64,000 nucleotides of DNA from an uncultured Ignavibacteriaceae bacterium (GTDB lineage Bacteria > Bacteroidota > Ignavibacteria > UBA10030). The number at the start of each line of letters is the position of its first letter. Position 1 is the first letter of the stretch. The notes under the pieces were generated by a model. The model worked only from the letters and a program-made list of their open reading frames with translations. It was not told the origin of the DNA and searched no databases. This document shows positions 29,621 through 39,874 of the stretch, in pieces. The DNA lies in NCBI GenBank assembly GCA_964645575.1, contig CAZYAM010000002.1:719-64718 (forward strand). The letters run 5' to 3'. Both the position numbers and the translations under genes were made by a program.

Positions 29621-30562
29621 TATGAATATAAAACGATTGATTGTATTTTCTTTTTTCTTTACCGCAGTGTTACAAACATTGTGCAGCGGTGGAATTCTTT
29701 TTCTTGAAGACAATAATTCTACCGATAGTGTCCGAAATTCTATAATCTTCATCAGCGACACGCAGGCACCGATGGCATTTGAGAAACTATTCGTGCGGAC
29801 GCATAATAACGAAGAAGCTACGAAAATTCTTCTTAATGCAATTGTAAGTGATTCAACTGTTTCATCGATCTTTATGCTTGGTGATATAACAGCGATGAGT
29901 TCATTCGATAATAATTGGGCAACTATCGATTCGTTCCTCACATGCCTGAAAGGCAGAGGAATTCTTGCTTATGCAGCTGTGGGCAACCATGATTATCTTC
30001 TCTTCTCAAATTCCGGCGAGGCTAACTTGAGTAAAAGATTTTCAGGTTTTAAAAGAACCGGATATACAGTTCGAATCAGTTCTCTCGCAATGATTATATT
30101 AAACTCAAATTTTAAGAAGCTGAGTCATTCGGAAAAAAACAACAACAGGAATGGTATCTCAGTGAAATACACGCTCTTGAACAGGATTCGATGATTAGAA
30201 TAATAGTGGTTGGGTGTCATCATTCACCATTCTCCAACAGCGCCATAGTCGGGCATGACCGGCAGGTTCGTGATACATTTGTTCCGCCGTTTTTGAAATC
30301 CGATAAGTGCCGGCTTTTCATAAGCGGTCATGCACATACATTTCAGTATTTCAAAGATACTGTCGCCAATAAACATTTTCTGGTAATAGGCGGAGGCGGA
30401 GGATTACTTCACAAACTCAAAGCCGGAGAACCGAATGAATTACAGGATCAGATAAAATGGGATACTGAATATCGTATGTTCCATTTTATTCGCGGAGTTT
30501 TTACAGCAGATGGATTACTTCTCAATGTTATGATGCTGGCAGAGGATTTAACCGGACCTTAA
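29621..30562 (+). pseudogene. Calcineurin-like metallophosphoesterase, frameshifted in an A7 homopolymer (or a sequencing indel)
   Basis: The signal peptide is MNIKRLIVFSFFFTAVL. Metallophosphatase motifs I-III (ISDTQ, GDIT, GNHDY) are in frame A. Motifs IV-V (QQEWYLSEIHALEQDS...IIVVGCHHSPFS, GHAHTFQY) are in frame A-1. Frame A-1 is open from 30116. The switch point is the aaaaaaa run at 30133-30139. Confidence 0.6.
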
Positions 30563-30706
30563 TCCGTCTATGAGTTGTTAATTCCATTTCCTCAAAGATA
30601 AAACGCAGTCACTTCCATCATTGTATTTTTAATAAAAGATTGAATAATTTTTAACCTCTGTTATGTTCGCGTTTTTATCTAAAGATCCGGAAAAGGATTA
30701 TAAAAG

Positions 30707-31309
30707 GTGAATCAGATACAAACAGTTTTATTTGATCTCGGTAATGTGATTCTATACGTAGATTTCGGAGCATTCTGGCGCGATCTCGGATTTTTCAATG
30801 CAGAGGAAATTGCCCCTTTTAAAAATGGATATGCGTCTTTGACATTGCAGTACGAGACCGGATATATTTCGACGGATGAATACTTGAATGGACTTAGAAC
30901 AGTTTTTAAGAATAGGTACACGGTTGTACAACTTGATCAGGCATTTTCATGCATTATTCAGCAGCCTGTAAAAGGGATAACCGATATGATGAAAAGTATA
31001 TCAGTTAAATGTCAAATGGCGTTGGTCAGCAACACCAATGAAATTCACTATAAACTCAGCCTAAAAAAATTAGAAGAGCTTAATATCTTTCAGAAACACT
31101 ATCTCTCATACAAACTACATGTAATGAAACCCGCACGCAGTTTTTACGATGCAATTATAAAAGATCAGGGAATTCTTCCATCCAAAATGATTTTCATCGA
31201 TGATATTGATGAGAATGTAAAAGCGGCACAAAGTGCAGGAATGCAGGCAATAAAGTTTAGAAGTAAGGAGGGATTGGAAACAGATTTAAAAAGATTGGAT
31301 GTTCTCTGA
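30707..31309 (+). CDS. HAD-superfamily hydrolase (subfamily IA-like)
   Basis: Motif I is VLFDLGNV. A Ser/Thr motif (LVSNTN) and a DD motif (IFIDDIDENV) are present. Confidence 0.7.
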   Translation: MNQIQTVLFDLGNVILYVDFGAFWRDLGFFNAEEIAPFKNGYASLTLQYETGYISTDEYLNGLRTVFKNRYTVVQLDQAFSCIIQQPVKGITDMMKSISVKCQMALVSNTNEIHYKLSLKKLEELNIFQKHYLSYKLHVMKPARSFYDAIIKDQGILPSKMIFIDDIDENVKAAQSAGMQAIKFRSKEGLETDLKRLDVL

Positions 31310-31360
31310 TAACTTCCTTTATCAACCTTGTCAAAGTTTGAAACCTTGACAAAATTGTAT

Positions 31361-32497
31361 TTACAATTTCACAGCGCCGATGCCCGGCCGATCCATCAAT
31401 GTTATTTTTCCGTTATTGATTTTTGTGCCTTCAAAAAAATCATTTTTAATAAGCAATGCACCGTCAAGATCCGCCCAATCGACCATTGGAGATAGATGAG
31501 ATGCCGCTGATATGGCACATGATGTTTCTGTCATACAGCCGATCATAACTTTCATTTCCAGAGAACGGGCAAGCAGTAGCATCTTATGTGCTTCGCGCAT
31601 TCCCGTACATTTCATCAGTTTAATATTGATTCCATGATATACACCTGCTGCTCTTTTAATATCGGCGAGACGCTGTACGCCTTCATCCCCGATAATCGGA
31701 ATCGGCGATCGCTCTGTCAACCACGCCAGATCGTCTATCTGTTCCTTCGGCAGAGGTTGTTCAATCATCACCATATTTTGTTCCTTCAGCCAGTGAAGCA
31801 TTTCCAACGCTTTCTCTTTGTCATTCCAGCCCTGATTTACGTCTCCGGTCAATGGTTTATTTGTGACCGAGCGAATCGTTTCGACCATTTCCTTATCGGT
31901 TTTACGTCCGAGTTTTACTTTCAATATTTTATACTGTTCTGCCTCTTTTGTTTTTTGCCTCACAACCTCAGGAGTATCTATACCGATAGTAAATGATGTG
32001 TTCGGAGACTTATTTTTATTATAGCCCCAGATATTAAACCACGGTTGGCCCATCAGCTTGCCGATAAGATCATGAAGCGCAATATCCACGGATGCCTTTG
32101 CAGCTGTATTACCAGGTTCAATGTTATCGATATCGTTTAAAATGGTTTCAAGATCGAATGCGTTTTCATACTTACTCAAATCAATTTTAGATAGAAACTC
32201 CTGTACAGTTTTATGCGATTCACCAAGATACGGAGGCAGAGATGCTTCTCCATAACCGAATATTCCATTCATTTCGATTTCAGTAAGCATCACCGGCGTT
32301 GTTGTTCTCGAATTAGTGGCAATAGTAAAAACATGATTCAGTTCCAATGTATACGGGTGATATGAAAGTTTCATAGAACCGGTTTTTAAATCGGCCGGAA
32401 TGATCCCGGCAACAGATTTATACGAATCGTTGATAATCATTGCGGCACCGGTTGCAAGTGCGGTAGATTTTAGAAAATCTCTTCTGTTCTGTGACAT
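31361..32497 (-). CDS. Enolase-superfamily dipeptide epimerase (MR/MLE family) with a Tat signal peptide
   Basis: The N-terminus RRDFLKSTALATGAAMI is a twin-arginine motif. A KVKLG block, the metal-ligand region (GDVNQGW, MIEQPL, DEG) and the C-terminal barrel are present. Confidence 0.7.
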   Translation of the reverse strand: MSQNRRDFLKSTALATGAAMIINDSYKSVAGIIPADLKTGSMKLSYHPYTLELNHVFTIATNSRTTTPVMLTEIEMNGIFGYGEASLPPYLGESHKTVQEFLSKIDLSKYENAFDLETILNDIDNIEPGNTAAKASVDIALHDLIGKLMGQPWFNIWGYNKNKSPNTSFTIGIDTPEVVRQKTKEAEQYKILKVKLGRKTDKEMVETIRSVTNKPLTGDVNQGWNDKEKALEMLHWLKEQNMVMIEQPLPKEQIDDLAWLTERSPIPIIGDEGVQRLADIKRAAGVYHGINIKLMKCTGMREAHKMLLLARSLEMKVMIGCMTETSCAISAASHLSPMVDWADLDGALLIKNDFFEGTKINNGKITLMDRPGIGAVKL

Positions 32498-32668
32498 TAC
32501 AAAAGTGTCTTTTTTCTGTGCAACAATGCAAAACTATGTAATTAGAGGAATAAATACAAATTTCTACGTTCTACAATGACGTTTTTTCTTGAATTCCTTT
32601 TCTTAATATAAAAAATCCCAGTTTTCGCTTGACTTTCTGTGGTATTTCCGTAAATTTCATCTTCAGTG

Positions 32669-32692
32669 TGGGGAAAAATGGGGAATTCGGGA
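32669..32692 (+). promoter_or_regulatory. Putative MraZ operator of three TGGGN direct repeats at 10-bp spacing upstream of mraZ
   Basis: The sequence is tgggg at 32669, tgggg at 32679 and cggga at 32688. MraZ proteins are known to bind such phased repeats in their own promoter. Confidence 0.4.
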
Positions 32693-32735
32693 AAAAAAAT
32701 TCCCGATGATTTATTTTTAAATAGAAGAGGGCATT

Positions 32736-33185
32736 GTGTCATCTTTTAAAGGCAGATATTCTTATTCGGTTGATGAAAAAGGGCGTGTGGCGCTTCCTGC
32801 AAAGTTGCGGATAAATCTTGCAACGAGTGTAAAAGGAAATTTTGTCATAACGCGCGGATTCGAACGCTGCCTTTATGTATATCCGCAGGATGAGTGGAAC
32901 AAGCTGGAGCAATTTGTCCGCAGTCTTTCATTTCTCGATGCACAGCATCGTTTTTACGCACGAACGTTATTTGAACGTGCAAACGATTCAAAGATTGACG
33001 GTCAATCCCGAATTACAATTCCTCCTGACTTAATAAAATTTGCAAATATTGAAAATGAAGTATTGATACTCGGTGTACTTGACCGGATTGAAATCTGGAA
33101 TCCTGCCGTGTATGAAGAGTATCAGAAAAATCATCCGGATACTTATGAAACCGTTGCTGAACAGGTTTTTAAGCCTCAGCACTAG
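32736..33185 (+). CDS. mraZ: Transcriptional regulator MraZ
   Basis: It is 149 aa with duplicated SpoVT/AbrB-like halves (DEKGRVALPAKLR ... DGQSRITIPPDL). It is the first gene of the dcw cluster. Confidence 0.85.
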   Translation: MSSFKGRYSYSVDEKGRVALPAKLRINLATSVKGNFVITRGFERCLYVYPQDEWNKLEQFVRSLSFLDAQHRFYARTLFERANDSKIDGQSRITIPPDLIKFANIENEVLILGVLDRIEIWNPAVYEEYQKNHPDTYETVAEQVFKPQH

Positions 33186-33199
33186 TATCGTGATACGGA

Positions 33200-34132
33200 G
33201 TGGAGACATATAAATATCATACTCCCGTTCTTCTACAGGAGGTTCTTGCATATCTTCTCACTGAAAAAAATGGATTTTATGTTGACGGGACACTCGGCGG
33301 CGGCGGGCATGCTAAAGCGGTGCTTGGGCAACTTGACCACTCGGGCAAATTGATCGGAATTGATCTTGATGACGATGCACTGGCAGTTTCCAGTGAACAT
33401 CTGGCGCAATTTGGTAATCGTGCAATAATTGTAAAAGAAAATTTTAAAAATATAAAATCTGTTCTTTCTCAATATGGAATTAATTCGGTTCAAGGTGTGC
33501 TGCTTGATCTCGGTGTTTCGTCGTTTCAAATTGATATTTCCGAAAAGGGTTTCAGTTTTCGATCTAATGCAGCGTTAGATATGCGTATGGATCGTTGTCA
33601 ACAGTTAAACGCCGGTGACGTTGTTAATAATTACGACGAGCGATCGCTTGCAGATATCCTTTGGGAATATGGCGAAGAGAAGCACGCACGGCGGATTGCA
33701 AAAGCGATGATTAGATACCGTATCCATCATCCAATTGAATCTACCGGTCAACTTGCTGCTATTATAGAGCAAACCGTTGGCGACCGGTTTTTGAATAAAA
33801 CTCTTGCAAGAGTTTTTCAGGCAATTCGGATTGAAGTGAATGATGAGATTGAAAATCTCCGGCATGCAATTTGCAACTGTATTGATGTCTTGAATCCTGG
33901 CGGGAGAATAGTCATTATATCCTATCACTCATTGGAGGATCGTCTGGTAAAAGAGGCATTTCGTGCGGCATCGGCACATATGGTTTCTTCCGGGCATAAA
34001 ATGATACCGAATATGCCTGTGCAACCGGTTTTAAATGTATTGACGCGAAAACCGGTAACGGCATTAGAAAAAGAAAAGGCGGTAAATTCTCGTTCGCGGA
34101 GTGCAAAACTCCGTGCCGCCGAAAAGATTTAA
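33200..34132 (+). CDS. rsmH: 16S rRNA (cytosine1402-N4)-methyltransferase RsmH
   Basis: The sequence has HTPVLLQEVL and DGTLGGGGHA. The length is 310 aa. Confidence 0.9.
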   Translation: METYKYHTPVLLQEVLAYLLTEKNGFYVDGTLGGGGHAKAVLGQLDHSGKLIGIDLDDDALAVSSEHLAQFGNRAIIVKENFKNIKSVLSQYGINSVQGVLLDLGVSSFQIDISEKGFSFRSNAALDMRMDRCQQLNAGDVVNNYDERSLADILWEYGEEKHARRIAKAMIRYRIHHPIESTGQLAAIIEQTVGDRFLNKTLARVFQAIRIEVNDEIENLRHAICNCIDVLNPGGRIVIISYHSLEDRLVKEAFRAASAHMVSSGHKMIPNMPVQPVLNVLTRKPVTALEKEKAVNSRSRSAKLRAAEKI

Positions 34133-34140
34133 AAAAAATC

Positions 34141-34656
34141 ATGCAATCTGAAGCAGAAAATCTTAGCGAAGTATATGCTGCTCGTGCAGCGGCAGAAATA
34201 GAACCGCCGGTTTCTTCGATTTCTATTCCAAGAATCCGTGAAGCGCGGGACATGGTGTATAATGGAACGGGCACCATAAGAAAAGAGAATGCAGCGACCG
34301 ATGGAATTTCACCGGACTCGAATAAAAAGCAGCGTCGGCGCAAGGTATCTCCGTTTACGGTTATCTTGATTCTTTTTGGTATCGCTGTAGCAAGTGTTCT
34401 CTATATAGGCAATATCCTGACAGTTGGTCGGCTTATGACACAGAATAATCAGTTTCAAATAAAGCACCGACAAATTCTGAATGCACAGGAATTGCTGAAG
34501 GTACAGATTAATCGGTTGTCCAGTCTTGAACGAATTCAAAAGATTGCCCGCGACGATTTAGGCTTACAGAATTCGAAACAGCTCCCCGTGTGGATCGAGA
34601 TCGATCCTGAACGTGTGAACCAAGTGGAAGATGTGCTGCAACGGCAGATGGAATAA
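34141..34656 (+). CDS. ftsL: FtsL-like cell-division protein with a long cytoplasmic N-terminal extension
   Basis: It is a single-pass TM (VSPFTVILILFGIAVASVLYIG) followed by a periplasmic coiled coil. It lies between rsmH and ftsI. The ~70-aa N-terminal extension is atypical. Confidence 0.5.
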   Translation: MQSEAENLSEVYAARAAAEIEPPVSSISIPRIREARDMVYNGTGTIRKENAATDGISPDSNKKQRRRKVSPFTVILILFGIAVASVLYIGNILTVGRLMTQNNQFQIKHRQILNAQELLKVQINRLSSLERIQKIARDDLGLQNSKQLPVWIEIDPERVNQVEDVLQRQME

Positions 34657-34658
34657 AA

Positions 34659-36851
34659 GTGATGACCTATCAGGATAAAGACTATACTGCTCAAGGAAAA
34701 GAGATTATGTTGTTCTCCCGTTCTCGTTTCCTGATAGTGAAATTCATCTTTGCGGTTTTATTTGCAGTCATTCTTTTCCGGTTGGTGAAAATTCAGATTA
34801 TCGATGCCGGTAGATATAAAGATTTAGCGCGGAAGCAGTATGAGCGATCATTCGTACTGCCGGCAACGCGCGGAAGCATCTTCGATCGGAACGGTAATGT
34901 TATTGTTTCGAATACGATATTACTTTCATTTGCTGCTGATCCAAAGATTGTCGGCGATCGTAAATATCGTGTAGCACAAATATTTGGACGTGTTTTCGGG
35001 AAACCTTCTGCATACTATCTTGAAAAAATGCACGAGACAGACGAAAATCAAAACATAAAACGATTTGTCTGGCTTGAGCGCAGAGTGATACCTGAGATTG
35101 CCCGCCGTATTGAAGCGGTAAAACTTGAGGGTATTGTAACTGTAAATGAACCGAAAAGGTTATATCATTACGATGAAATTGCCGGAGCACTGATTGGATT
35201 TACCGATATCGACAACAAAGGAATCTCAGGCATCGAATTTCAATATGATAACGAATTGAAAGGCTCCAACGGTTCTGTCGTTATGCAGCGTGATGGATTA
35301 GGGCGTGTTCGCCCTTCCGCAGATTATCCTCGTCGCGAACCAATAAACGGGAAAGATATCTTTCTTACTATCGATATCAGGTATCAAGCGATTGTTGATG
35401 AAGAATTAAAGCGCGGTGTTAAGGCTAACGAAGCTGACGGCGGATGTGCAGTGATGATACACCCGAAGACAGGTGAAATTCTTGCCATGTCCGTCTATCC
35501 ATGCATCAATCCCAATAAAGTCGGCTCGTTTAATATATCCAATGCACGTAACCGTATCGTCAGTGATGTATTTGAACCGGGCTCCTTATTTAAGGTGGTT
35601 ACAGCCGCAGCAGCATATGAAAATAATCTTGTTAAGCCGGGAAGCCGTTTCAATGCTGAACACGGAAGGATGAAAGTATCCCTTGGCGGAAACAAAGTTC
35701 GTTTTATTAACGACTCTCACGAGTATGACTATCTTACGTTTCAGGAAGCTATCGAGTTATCCAGCAATATCGTAATGGCAAAAGTGGGAAAAATGCTTGG
35801 CGGGCAAAAATTATACTGCAAAGCCAGGGATTTTGGATTTGGAATGGTTACAGGAATTGATCTTCCCGGTGAAGTCCGCGGAGTGTTGAAGAAGCCGATC
35901 GATCGTGATTGGTCAGGTACTACAACCCATACCATGTCGTATGGATATGAAATTGGTGCAACGCCGCTTCAAATTGCCTGTACGTATGCGGCTATTGCCA
36001 ACAAAGGTATGCTTATGAAACCGTTTGTCGTTTCTCGTATTGAAGACGGTAAAGGCGAAACGATAGCAGAACAAAAAACGCAGGCAATCAGACGCGTCGT
36101 ATCACAGAAAACCCTCGATCAGCTTATACGGGCATTTGAAGGTGTTGTTGAACGCGGAACTGGAAAAGAAGCACGGATAGATGAGATACGTATTGCCGGT
36201 AAAACCGGAACATCTCGTAAGTATTCCGGCGGTAGATATGTGGAGAATAATTATACAGCGTCGTTTGTCGGTTTCTATCCTATAGAAGATCCACAAGTTG
36301 TTTGTTTGGTTATGATGGACAATCCACGGTCACAGGGGTATTACGGCGGTCTCACTGCCGGACCCATATTTCGTGCAATTACAGAGCGTGTGATCATGAC
36401 ATCGTATAAATTTTCTCGAACTGCAATTGCAAAAAATCATATTGCACAGGGCAGTGTCGTTGTTCCTGATGTCTGTATACTTCAACCGTCGTTAGCAAGA
36501 AAAATGCTCAAGACATACGGACTCAATTGTCAGATATTTGGAAAAGGTGATTTTGTTATCAGACAGACTCCCGCACCGGGAAAAAAAGTTGAAAAATACG
36601 AGACGGTATCTCTTATCCTCAATAATGAGTCCGTTGTTTCGTCTGATGGAATGATTATAATTCCGGATGTACGGGGAATGAGCATTCGCCGTGCAATGAA
36701 TCGGCTTATTTCAGACGAGTTTGAAGTTAAGGTACAAGGTTCCGGTGTTGTGACACAACAATTCCCAAAGGCTGGTGAACGGACACGGCTGGGTTCATCT
36801 ATCACACTTGTCTGCATGCCGCGCGGCATGGTACGGGCATTATTATATTAA
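34659..36851 (+). CDS. ftsI: Division transpeptidase PBP3 (FtsI) with two C-terminal PASTA domains
   Basis: An N-terminal TM is followed by an SxxK (EPGSLFK) and KTGTSR. Two C-terminal ~65-aa PASTA-like repeats are present (VVVPDV...; IIIPDVRGMS...). Confidence 0.85.
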   Translation: MMTYQDKDYTAQGKEIMLFSRSRFLIVKFIFAVLFAVILFRLVKIQIIDAGRYKDLARKQYERSFVLPATRGSIFDRNGNVIVSNTILLSFAADPKIVGDRKYRVAQIFGRVFGKPSAYYLEKMHETDENQNIKRFVWLERRVIPEIARRIEAVKLEGIVTVNEPKRLYHYDEIAGALIGFTDIDNKGISGIEFQYDNELKGSNGSVVMQRDGLGRVRPSADYPRREPINGKDIFLTIDIRYQAIVDEELKRGVKANEADGGCAVMIHPKTGEILAMSVYPCINPNKVGSFNISNARNRIVSDVFEPGSLFKVVTAAAAYENNLVKPGSRFNAEHGRMKVSLGGNKVRFINDSHEYDYLTFQEAIELSSNIVMAKVGKMLGGQKLYCKARDFGFGMVTGIDLPGEVRGVLKKPIDRDWSGTTTHTMSYGYEIGATPLQIACTYAAIANKGMLMKPFVVSRIEDGKGETIAEQKTQAIRRVVSQKTLDQLIRAFEGVVERGTGKEARIDEIRIAGKTGTSRKYSGGRYVENNYTASFVGFYPIEDPQVVCLVMMDNPRSQGYYGGLTAGPIFRAITERVIMTSYKFSRTAIAKNHIAQGSVVVPDVCILQPSLARKMLKTYGLNCQIFGKGDFVIRQTPAPGKKVEKYETVSLILNNESVVSSDGMIIIPDVRGMSIRRAMNRLISDEFEVKVQGSGVVTQQFPKAGERTRLGSSITLVCMPRGMVRALLY

Positions 36852-36863
36852 GTTGATCCTCTT

Positions 36864-38360
36864 ATGAAACTTTCTCAATTACTTGAAGGGGTTGCAGTAT
36901 CCAAATTATTCCAAACGATGTTTGGACAGATGGTTGTTACACATGAAGTGGAAATAAACAAGCTTCAATACGATTCACGGAAAATCAAGCGTGATGATTG
37001 TTTTGTAGCCCTTAAGGGAAAGACAAGCGACGGGCATATATATCTTCAAGGTGCTATCAGCAATGGTGCGAAAGTTATTGTTGTTCAGGATGATAATATT
37101 CTTCCGGATCCATTCTGTATGCATATCGGTATTATAAAAGTTGTAGTACCGGATACTCGAAAAGCGCTTGCTGTGATGTCATCGAATTTTTACGGTCATC
37201 CATCAAAAAAATTAAAATTTATCGGTATTACAGGTACTAATGGAAAAACCACAACTTCTCATCTTGTGAAATCGATTCTGGAGGTTTCAGGAGAGAAAGT
37301 TGGTTTGGTTGGGACGATTGAATATAAAATCGGTGATCGCGTTATTCCTGCTACTCATACAACACCGGAATCGCTCGAACTCAACGAGCTGTTTGCCTCG
37401 ATGGTGAATGAAAAATGCACAGCGGTATCGATGGAGGTCTCTTCGCATGCACTTGACCAGTCTCGTGTTTTCGGACTTGATTTTAATGTCGCAATTTTTA
37501 CAAATCTGACACAAGACCATCTTGATTATCATGGAACAATGGAAAAATATTACGAAGCAAAAAAAACTCTTTTTACGAATTTAAAACCATCCAGCTGCGC
37601 CGTTATTAACCATGATGACAGGCGAGGCGTCCAAATACGCGATATCATCAACACGAGGACAATTTCCTACGGCATTACTTCTGCTGCCGATGTTCAGGTG
37701 AAAAATATGAAGTTTAGCATCGCTGGAACAGAGCTGACATTGAACAATGGACATGGAGAATTCACGTTTACCACGCCGCTTATTGGAAAATTCAATGTCT
37801 ACAATGTGCTTGGAGCATATTCAGCGGGGATTGCGCTCGGTATTCCGCGTGAAAATATTATTGCAGGCATTAATAATGTAAAAAATGTGCGTGGAAGATT
37901 TGAACGCGTCATCTCTCCGGCAGGATGGACCGCAATTATTGATTACGCACACACACCGGATGCAATTGAGAATTGTCTGATAACTATTCATGACATTCTG
38001 CCGACGAAAAATAGAGGCCGTATAATAACTGTATTCGGTGCCGGAGGCGACCGCGATAAAACAAAACGACCGCTAATGGGCCGTATAGTCGGTGAATACA
38101 GCGATATCGTTATAGTAACGTCCGATAATCCGAGAACAGAAAATCCAGAAAAAATAATTGACGATATCATGCATGGTATTATTCATCATGCAAGCGTATT
38201 ACGCGAGAAAAATAGAAGAACGGCAATTGAATGTGCCGTCAATTGCGCGCAACCAGGCGATATAATTCTGGTCGCAGGAAAAGGGCATGAGGATTATCAG
38301 GTAATCGGCAAAGAGAAAATTCATTTCAGCGACCGTGAAGTCTTGGAAAGTCTTTTATGA
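36864..38360 (+). CDS. murE: UDP-N-acetylmuramoyl-tripeptide synthetase MurE
   Basis: The sequence has GITGTNGKTTTS and the Mur ligase central and C-terminal domains. It is the first Mur ligase after ftsI. Confidence 0.85.
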   Translation: MKLSQLLEGVAVSKLFQTMFGQMVVTHEVEINKLQYDSRKIKRDDCFVALKGKTSDGHIYLQGAISNGAKVIVVQDDNILPDPFCMHIGIIKVVVPDTRKALAVMSSNFYGHPSKKLKFIGITGTNGKTTTSHLVKSILEVSGEKVGLVGTIEYKIGDRVIPATHTTPESLELNELFASMVNEKCTAVSMEVSSHALDQSRVFGLDFNVAIFTNLTQDHLDYHGTMEKYYEAKKTLFTNLKPSSCAVINHDDRRGVQIRDIINTRTISYGITSAADVQVKNMKFSIAGTELTLNNGHGEFTFTTPLIGKFNVYNVLGAYSAGIALGIPRENIIAGINNVKNVRGRFERVISPAGWTAIIDYAHTPDAIENCLITIHDILPTKNRGRIITVFGAGGDRDKTKRPLMGRIVGEYSDIVIVTSDNPRTENPEKIIDDIMHGIIHHASVLREKNRRTAIECAVNCAQPGDIILVAGKGHEDYQVIGKEKIHFSDREVLESLL

Positions 38361-38461
38361 TTGCATCGGTGTTTCTTTTTTACGGACATGGAATTTTACA
38401 TATATATAATTAATGGAATCGTTGGTTTATATTATTTAAAAAATAGTCCGAGCAATAAATA

Positions 38462-39865
38462 ATGAAATTTAAACTGTCCGATATACTCATGCTGCCGCAT
38501 CAAAAAGCGATTGGATTTGACGGATTAAAGAATTTCAAGATTCACGGTATATCTATTGACTCAAGAACCATCAAGACAGATGAACTCTTCATTGCAATTC
38601 GAGGAGATCAATTCGATGGACATAATTTTATTTCAAAAGCCATCGAAATGGGCGCAACCGGTATTATTGTTGAACGCCGATGGGCAGAAGCAAATACGGC
38701 GATGATGGTGAGCATACATGTTCCCAGGCTTATAGTCGAGAACACTATTCATGCTCTTGGACATTTAGCCAGAATGTATCGACTCAAACATTCCATTCCA
38801 TTTATTGCAGTGGGAGGATCGAACGGGAAGACAACAACAAAAGAGATGCTGAAGAGTATTCTAAAACAAAAATATAGTGTTCTGTGCACAGAAGGAAATT
38901 TAAACAACCATATTGGCGTACCGCTCACACTTTTTCGGCTGTCAAAAAAACATGAGATTGCGGTTATTGAAATCGGCACCAATCATCCCGGTGAAATAAA
39001 ATATCTCTGTACTATTTTGGAACCTACTCATGGATTAATTACAAACATCGGACGCGAGCACCTGGAATTCTTCGGTTCGATAGAGAGCGTTGCGAGGGCT
39101 GAAGGTGAACTTTTTGATTGGCTGGCAAAGCATAAGGGTACCTCTTTTGTCAATATGGACGATAAATACATTGTCCATCTGAAGAGACCGAAGAAAACAA
39201 TATGCTACGGATTTTCTTCCCGCGGCACATCTATTAAAGGAAAAGTCAAATCATTTGACGCAAATGGCAAAGCTCTCTTACAAGTGAAACCGCGAGTCAA
39301 CAAGGCATTCGATATAACTATTGGTGCTCTCGGAGAACACAATGCACTGAATGCTCTTGCTGCAACGGCCGTCGGTCTTACTTTGAAAGTACCTAAAGTA
39401 GATATTCAGAAGGCTCTAAATTTATTTAAATCGGCCGGCAACAGGATGCAGATTCAGCGAACTGAAAAAATACTGATCTTGAATGATACATACAACGCAA
39501 ATCCTGACTCCACAAATGCAGCATTAGCAACTTTGCGAAGCATGGTATCAAAAGGGAAAAAAATTGCAGTGCTGTCTGATATGCTGGAACTCGGGAGCCA
39601 ATCAGAAGAACTGCATCGACAAATCGGAAAAGCCCTCGCCCAGTACAATGTCGATATTCTTTTTACAGTTGGCATTCTATCAAAGCATATATACGATACC
39701 GCGGCCGTGAAGACCAAAGCACATTTTGAAAATAAGACACTGCTTATTGAGCATTTGCTTCATACTCTCGGCTATAGCGATATTGTTCTTGTCAAAGGAT
39801 CGCGCGGTATGAGAATGGAAGAGGTAGTTTTCGCTCTCAATGAGCATTATTCAAAAAAAGGATAG
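38462..39865 (+). CDS. murF: UDP-MurNAc-pentapeptide synthetase MurF
   Basis: The P-loop is AVGGSNGKTTTKEM. It has the Mur ligase architecture and lies between murE and mraY. Confidence 0.8.
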   Translation: MKFKLSDILMLPHQKAIGFDGLKNFKIHGISIDSRTIKTDELFIAIRGDQFDGHNFISKAIEMGATGIIVERRWAEANTAMMVSIHVPRLIVENTIHALGHLARMYRLKHSIPFIAVGGSNGKTTTKEMLKSILKQKYSVLCTEGNLNNHIGVPLTLFRLSKKHEIAVIEIGTNHPGEIKYLCTILEPTHGLITNIGREHLEFFGSIESVARAEGELFDWLAKHKGTSFVNMDDKYIVHLKRPKKTICYGFSSRGTSIKGKVKSFDANGKALLQVKPRVNKAFDITIGALGEHNALNALAATAVGLTLKVPKVDIQKALNLFKSAGNRMQIQRTEKILILNDTYNANPDSTNAALATLRSMVSKGKKIAVLSDMLELGSQSEELHRQIGKALAQYNVDILFTVGILSKHIYDTAAVKTKAHFENKTLLIEHLLHTLGYSDIVLVKGSRGMRMEEVVFALNEHYSKKG

Positions 39866-39874
39866 ACATATTAT

